Positions 58,701 through 64,000 of a DNA stretch of 64,000 nucleotides are shown here, piece after piece; within the stretch, counting starts at the first letter, position 1; each line of letters starts with the position of its first letter. This DNA is from Phoronis australis. Taxonomy: Eukaryota > Animalia > Phoronida. Both the position numbers and the translations under genes were made by a program. The notes below the pieces were generated by a model. The model had not been told where the DNA came from. It did not search any database and was given only the letters and a program-made list of their open reading frames with translations. The stretch spans positions 248,884-312,883 of the forward strand of contig NMRA01000512.1 of assembly GCA_002633005.1 (NCBI GenBank), read 5' to 3'.

Positions 58701-61700
58701 TGTGTGTGTTATCTCTTGTAATTAAGGAACCCATCTGGTTCCTTCTGTCAAATATTTATTTGTAGAGCTTTGACTCTGAAATTCCCAATACAACTTAAAA
58801 TATATAATATTCTTGCTGTTTTATTTGTCCCCAATAATTTAGAATATCCAACGGAACACAATATTGGCTTATCAGCTAAAAGCGGTAGTGGCAGACTATT
58901 TGCTACTCGTGATTTTCTTAATTTTAGAGCGGGAAACGCTACAATTATGTTTGTAATCAAAACCTCTTTAACTTTTCGCGTTCTGTGCAAATAATGGCTA
59001 ATTCACATAATTTTTCTTGCGACATTATTGATCTCGGTCAACTTTTTCTTCGCTTAAGTTTTGAAAATACAGTAACCTTTCTCCAGAGCAAGTACCAGTG
59101 ACCATGAGACTCAACACAGATCCCACGTTTGGGAACGTTCATTTAACTCGATTATTGTAGAATATTTGATACGAGTCCTTGGAATATTTTGACGAGCGCA
59201 GTCCGAGTAATTCTGCTTCGCCTACAGTACATGTAGGCCTACAAGCCTAGAAATGCCACAGTTCACCAATGAGGATGTTGTCAAAGACGGCTGAATATTA
59301 CGTTGCCAATAGATCACCTGATCAAGCCACCAAAAACAAAAAATAACTTGCTAGATATGTCACTATAAACAGTTGTTCGAATACTGAAATTGTGTTTGAT
59401 CTTACAAAACAGGAAGAACCGACTTTACTAAAAACTATCACTTCGTCAATAGGCTGCCATTTTCGTGTCCGCCTTCGTTTCGCTGCAGCTCTGCCTTCCA
59501 CTGAGCCAACTTACATGTAGCTTGACCTTCAAACTAACAAGATTTTCTGATATTTCTAAAAAACTCAGGAAGTGACTATTGCAACCCTTGGATCTTGCAG
59601 GATTCCAATGGTTTTAAAGAACTCATTCAGAAGGTAATTCCAAAACTGTAGAATTTCGACTATTCAGCGGTTGTTTATATCATGTCTTTAAATTACCAAA
59701 ACGAGACTTAGTAATTTGTCAGATAGTTGAAGACAACTTTCCTTGAAATAACCCAGTCAGTAGCTACGCAACAAGCGTGCATATACACAACAGAGATTTT
59801 CCAGGTGTAGAACAAGTTCTTTAATTCTTGCAAAACTACATTTTGTCACTCCCTTGCAACACGTTTCCTTCAAAACATCGGACGTGCACGTCATGAGATC
59901 CTTATACATGTAGTTATGTATGCGTCCAACTGTTTACGCGCGTTGTTACGCCTGCAACCCGACTATGACCGCGCACACATACAAGTCATATACTGCGTGA
60001 CCGTTGACTGATTTACAATTTACAGCGCCACAAAGCTCCGGCAAAAACATGACAATAACAAATTAATAGCCCATTAACCATATGTATGATGTAACGTAAC
60101 ATTGGGGGATTTCAGGGGGTGGGGCAGGGGGCCAGGACCCCCCTTCGCTACCGCAAAAAATAAAACAGCAAGAGCTTGATGAAATATTGAGTACATTAAC
60201 TAACCCCAGCAATTAATATGCGGGTCGGGGAGGGATCAGACCCCATTGCAAGTGTCCAACTGAGACGATCATCCAGCTTTTCGCGTGGTTTTTAGTAGAA
60301 GCTCCAATAATGTAGCCCCCTATCTTTCAGGCTGGGTTTCCGCATGTAGTTGTGCTTTGCACAAGTGCCCGAGACAAAATGTAGGCCCCCCTTATTATAT
60401 CCTAGATCCGCCACTGCGTAAGTCGCAGGGAACGAATGGTTCTGGCTGCTTTCAGGTCAGGTACTGCTCCCATCGGGTTTGTGCTATGAAGATATTATGG
60501 CCTGAGTTATGAAGAATCTGAAACAAGTGCCAGTGTGCGGTAGTTGCAGACGTCGTCCATGTTTTAATAGGACGTTCAGTTGACGTTGACCTTAGTTTAT
60601 ATTTGCTATCGAGTAATTGTCAATCTTGCGTCTTTAACTCATTCCTCCCTGATCACGCCTTATGGCGTGACTGTTTATTTTCACTCAGGGCCTGATGCCG
60701 TCTGGAGGCGTTATCTAAACAATGTATCTCACAGGCGGATCACGCCTTCAGGAGGGATAGAAGGCAGCAAATTATTGGTTTAAGTTTAAATATATCTAGG
60801 GTATTCCCAGTTTTCTATCCAATGAGGATTGAGACACCATACTCTATGTTAACTTCTTGTTTGTGAAGTTAATGCCTATTGGCTGTTATTTCTGGAATTT
60901 AGAACCATTTCTTCACAAGCAAATTATCAATTCAAGGAAAAACCAGGAAGCGTGTTAACTTTGTAGTGGTTGTTGTGGTAACTTTTGAAAGGTTATAAAG
61001 ATATTCCTCCCTGAAATATAGTATGTTTGTTTGATTTGAAGACTAGAATGAAGCTAATTGCCCTGAATTGTAACCTAATTGGTGTTACATAACACTGCTG
61101 TCACCACTTAATCATCTGCTAGGGTGCTCCTGTTTATTTTATTTGAACTGACCAGAAACAATAACAAAATGTTCAATTACTAGGAACATTCTACTCTGTG
61201 ACTAGCACTGTGCACACACTCACTTGAAATTGCTGCCTTGATATTATACGGACATCATCTCTGCTGCTCTCTCACAGTTCTTGAAGTTTTTATTATGGAG
61301 GATAGTGTGGATACTGATGACACTGGTCACATTTAGATATAGACTTCAGTGATTATGGATATGACAGTGTGGATACTTATAGCACTGAGTGGTCAGATTT
61401 AGATACAGATTTCAGTGATCTAGTTTATGATGAAGATATGCTACACAGAAAACTTTCTTGACATGTTTTCTGGAAATTTAAATGGATTATTTGTAAACAA
61501 ATGTCTTTGTTTCTGGAAAACAAAAAGTAAAACTACTTGTTCAACCCTTTATCGATATTGAACTTGGATAAATTTTATATCAACATGAAGCTCATTTACT
61601 CAAGATGTATTGCTGAAAATTTGGTAAGTATATGTTTACTAATGACTGAGTGATGAGGTTTTAATTATGTGCAGTGCTTGTGACCTAGTTCTGAGTGAAA

Positions 61701-62701
61701 TACCCTCCGACTTCAAGGGGGTAGACATTCCACAGCTCAGCCAGGCCACGAGGCAATTTATTCCATATGGTGCTCAGGGTCGAATGAGTTAAATGATGAA
61801 GTGTTTCTCCCCGATGTCTTCTCGATGATTTGAGAGATTTGCAACAGATTGCTACGACTTGCCTTTTAATTTAAGAAAAAAAGGATAACACTGTTGTCTA
61901 CAAAAGTAAAGTTATGCAAATAGTAATGGTTCTCATTTTTATGATTTTATAGTGGTTCCTAACTTGTCTGGAAAGACAAATATTCAACTTTTGATCATGC
62001 GTATGTAGGCCTACGTTTGAAAGGAGACATTAATAAACTTGATCTATCTAGTGAAGAAAATCAAACAAGCTCTCGTTTACTAAATGCACTGGGGCCACAG
62101 TTGTTCTCGACCGATCTTTTGGCGCCAGGTTTCACTTCAAAAGCTTCCAAACAAATATTTTCGGCGTGCTGTTTCTGTATTACACGGTGCTCTAAGCTGT
62201 ATCCTTCTCTTCTAGATTTCAAATCAGTTTATGGGAGCATAAAACTTTGTAAGAGTAACTTTCTCCGCACTAAGAGTGAGCCTACTAGCAAAATGAGACC
62301 TCACTCTCCTCCATTTTCGCTGGGTGATTTAGACAGTTCTAATGATTAATCCCGTTCATTCTTCCCTCTTCCACTTCGTTGTGTATGTGTCTTATATATA
62401 GTCGGTAATTTCAGGTTATCCTAAGCCTAAAATTGACTTTTGCATGTTCTTTGCTGACGCCTGTGACTGCAGAGAAGCCCGTGGAGTATTTGGCGGGATT
62501 TTGTCACTAACATTCTTCCGTGTTCTTGCATGTGGAGAGCGTTCATACACAAAAGAATTTCGTGGTATGGAACGTAACGTGTGCAAGAGAAGTATAATCC
62601 AAGAAGACTCACGCGTGGCGTGCGCCGGGACATAAACAGAAGAAACAATGTCATGCTTAAGTGTGTTGATTTTCTGTTGGCTTTAAATATTTACACAATA
62701 G

Positions 62702-62716
62702 ATGCCGCTACGAACG
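62702..62716 (+). other. Candidate 15-nt microexon (copy 2)
   Basis: tttacacaatag|ATGCCGCTACGAACG|gtaagt. Confidence 0.5.
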
Positions 62717-63113
62717 GTAAGTACTAAAATTAAAGTATCGATTGCCCAGCAGCCGCTGATTCTTCCGTTCTCAAACAGCAAACGTTGATTTTTGGAATTG
62801 AAACAAAAAGCTACATGTACCCGTGAACAAGTAAACATCGCTGCAATTTAGGCTGCACTCGAAAGAGTAGTGATCATCGTACCCACTGTCTTGCCATTAT
62901 CACATTGGTACAAAACTGTATAATATATAGCGAATGTGGTGACAGCGTATTTTTAAGCTGGTCGTCCTGCAGCTAGCTGGCTGTCTTGATCTCGCAAATT
63001 CCAAGATAGCCGGAAGCCAGGTCACAGTCACCATTGTCGTCACTCACCGGCCGGTGTTTTGTCATCACTGTCGTCGTCGCTCATTCGAAGTGTGTGGCTT
63101 TCTTCGTTCATAC

Positions 63114-63153
63114 TACCGCCGCCGTCGCCGCCGCCGCCGCCACCGCCACCGCC
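63114..63153. repeat. (CCG)n-type microsatellite
   Basis: Imperfect ccg/cca run. Confidence 0.75.
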
Positions 63154-63862
63154 TCTTCCATGACCCCAATCAACATCACTCCCACCACTCTAGTCAGCCA
63201 GCTAGCTATATGAAGACTGTCGTCAAAATATATTTAGTATACAGCTTTGTGGCAATACTAGAGCCACTCGCGCTCCCAAGAATCACCAGCCAAGTAGTTA
63301 ATAATGATCATTTCGACTTCATGCTACGGCAAATTACCTAACTAGGCCCAGAACGCGAAAATCATGAGTGAGAAGTACCCACCTCTTCGGATGTTAACAT
63401 GAGAGTTATTCACTTTGAACATGCAATACGTACTATACGTACAGACTGGTTGCTGCTTTGAAATCTACTTTACATCAAAGGTTAAAGGTCACATTTTCAA
63501 AATAAGGAGACATGTGACGTTTGATCTTTGATGTCAGTAAAGTGGATTTCAAGCAGCAACCAGTCGACCCGAAAACCGTATTCTAATGACAGTTTATATT
63601 TCGTCTGCGTTTCAAAAATAGTGAATCTGGCGATATTTTCTAAAACTTCTTGCAATATTGTCGTGTGGTAGTGGACACTGGATCGTTTTTCGAAATTTGA
63701 AACTAAAGTAAAATGCCTTGAAAAGAACAGAAATTCAAAAATCTTTGGGAACAAACCATAAAAACACTCGGTGAACAGTTTAGACTCTGTTTTAATGGCA
63801 AAGAACCACTCTGAATAATGCAGTTTAGTCTGTTTTTCATATTGCACCACGGCATCACCACC

Positions 63863-64000
63863 CTGTCAACTATTTCAGGGCATTGTTCCGTCAGCATTAC
63901 ACCACAGGATCACTATACTGTCAACTATTTCAGGGCATTGTTCCGTCAGCATTACACCACAGGATCACTATACTGTCAACTATTTCACAGGGCATTGTTC
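63863..64000 (+). repeat. 55-bp tandem repeat running off the window end
   Basis: ctgtcaactatttcagggcattgttccgtcagcattacaccacaggatcactata in about 2.5 copies. Confidence 0.92.

Noticed and set aside
63054-63341. Arg/His-rich protamine-like ORF
   Set aside because: It is explained by a CCG microsatellite and lacks an ATG start or supporting splice sites.

Overview
This is AT-rich, intron-containing animal genomic DNA, probably from a marine invertebrate (inference); it is not prokaryotic, so most ORF-track entries are spurious. The window opens with the last coding exon of a C2H2 zinc-finger gene (48-982). Its main content is two tandem, intact, secreted astacin (M12A) metalloprotease paralogs on the + strand, gene A (14973-30350) and gene B (38755-50921). 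Each has 9 coding exons: signal peptide, propeptide, furin site, catalytic domain, EGF-like Cys domain and one very basic ShKT domain. In both copies the ShKT exon is followed by a decayed sense-strand Penelope-like retroelement and then a frameshifted second ShKT exon. The region 1.5-4.6 kb is paralogous to the sequence downstream of gene B (54.7-62.7 kb), and the two share a conserved candidate 15-nt microexon, which points to a relic third array unit. Introns hold L1/Tx1, Hero-like and Penelope fragments, MITEs and minisatellites. A 3.7-kb tandem repeat joined by a single N is probably an uncollapsed-haplotype assembly artefact. All calls come from manual reading and translation; no database searches were run.
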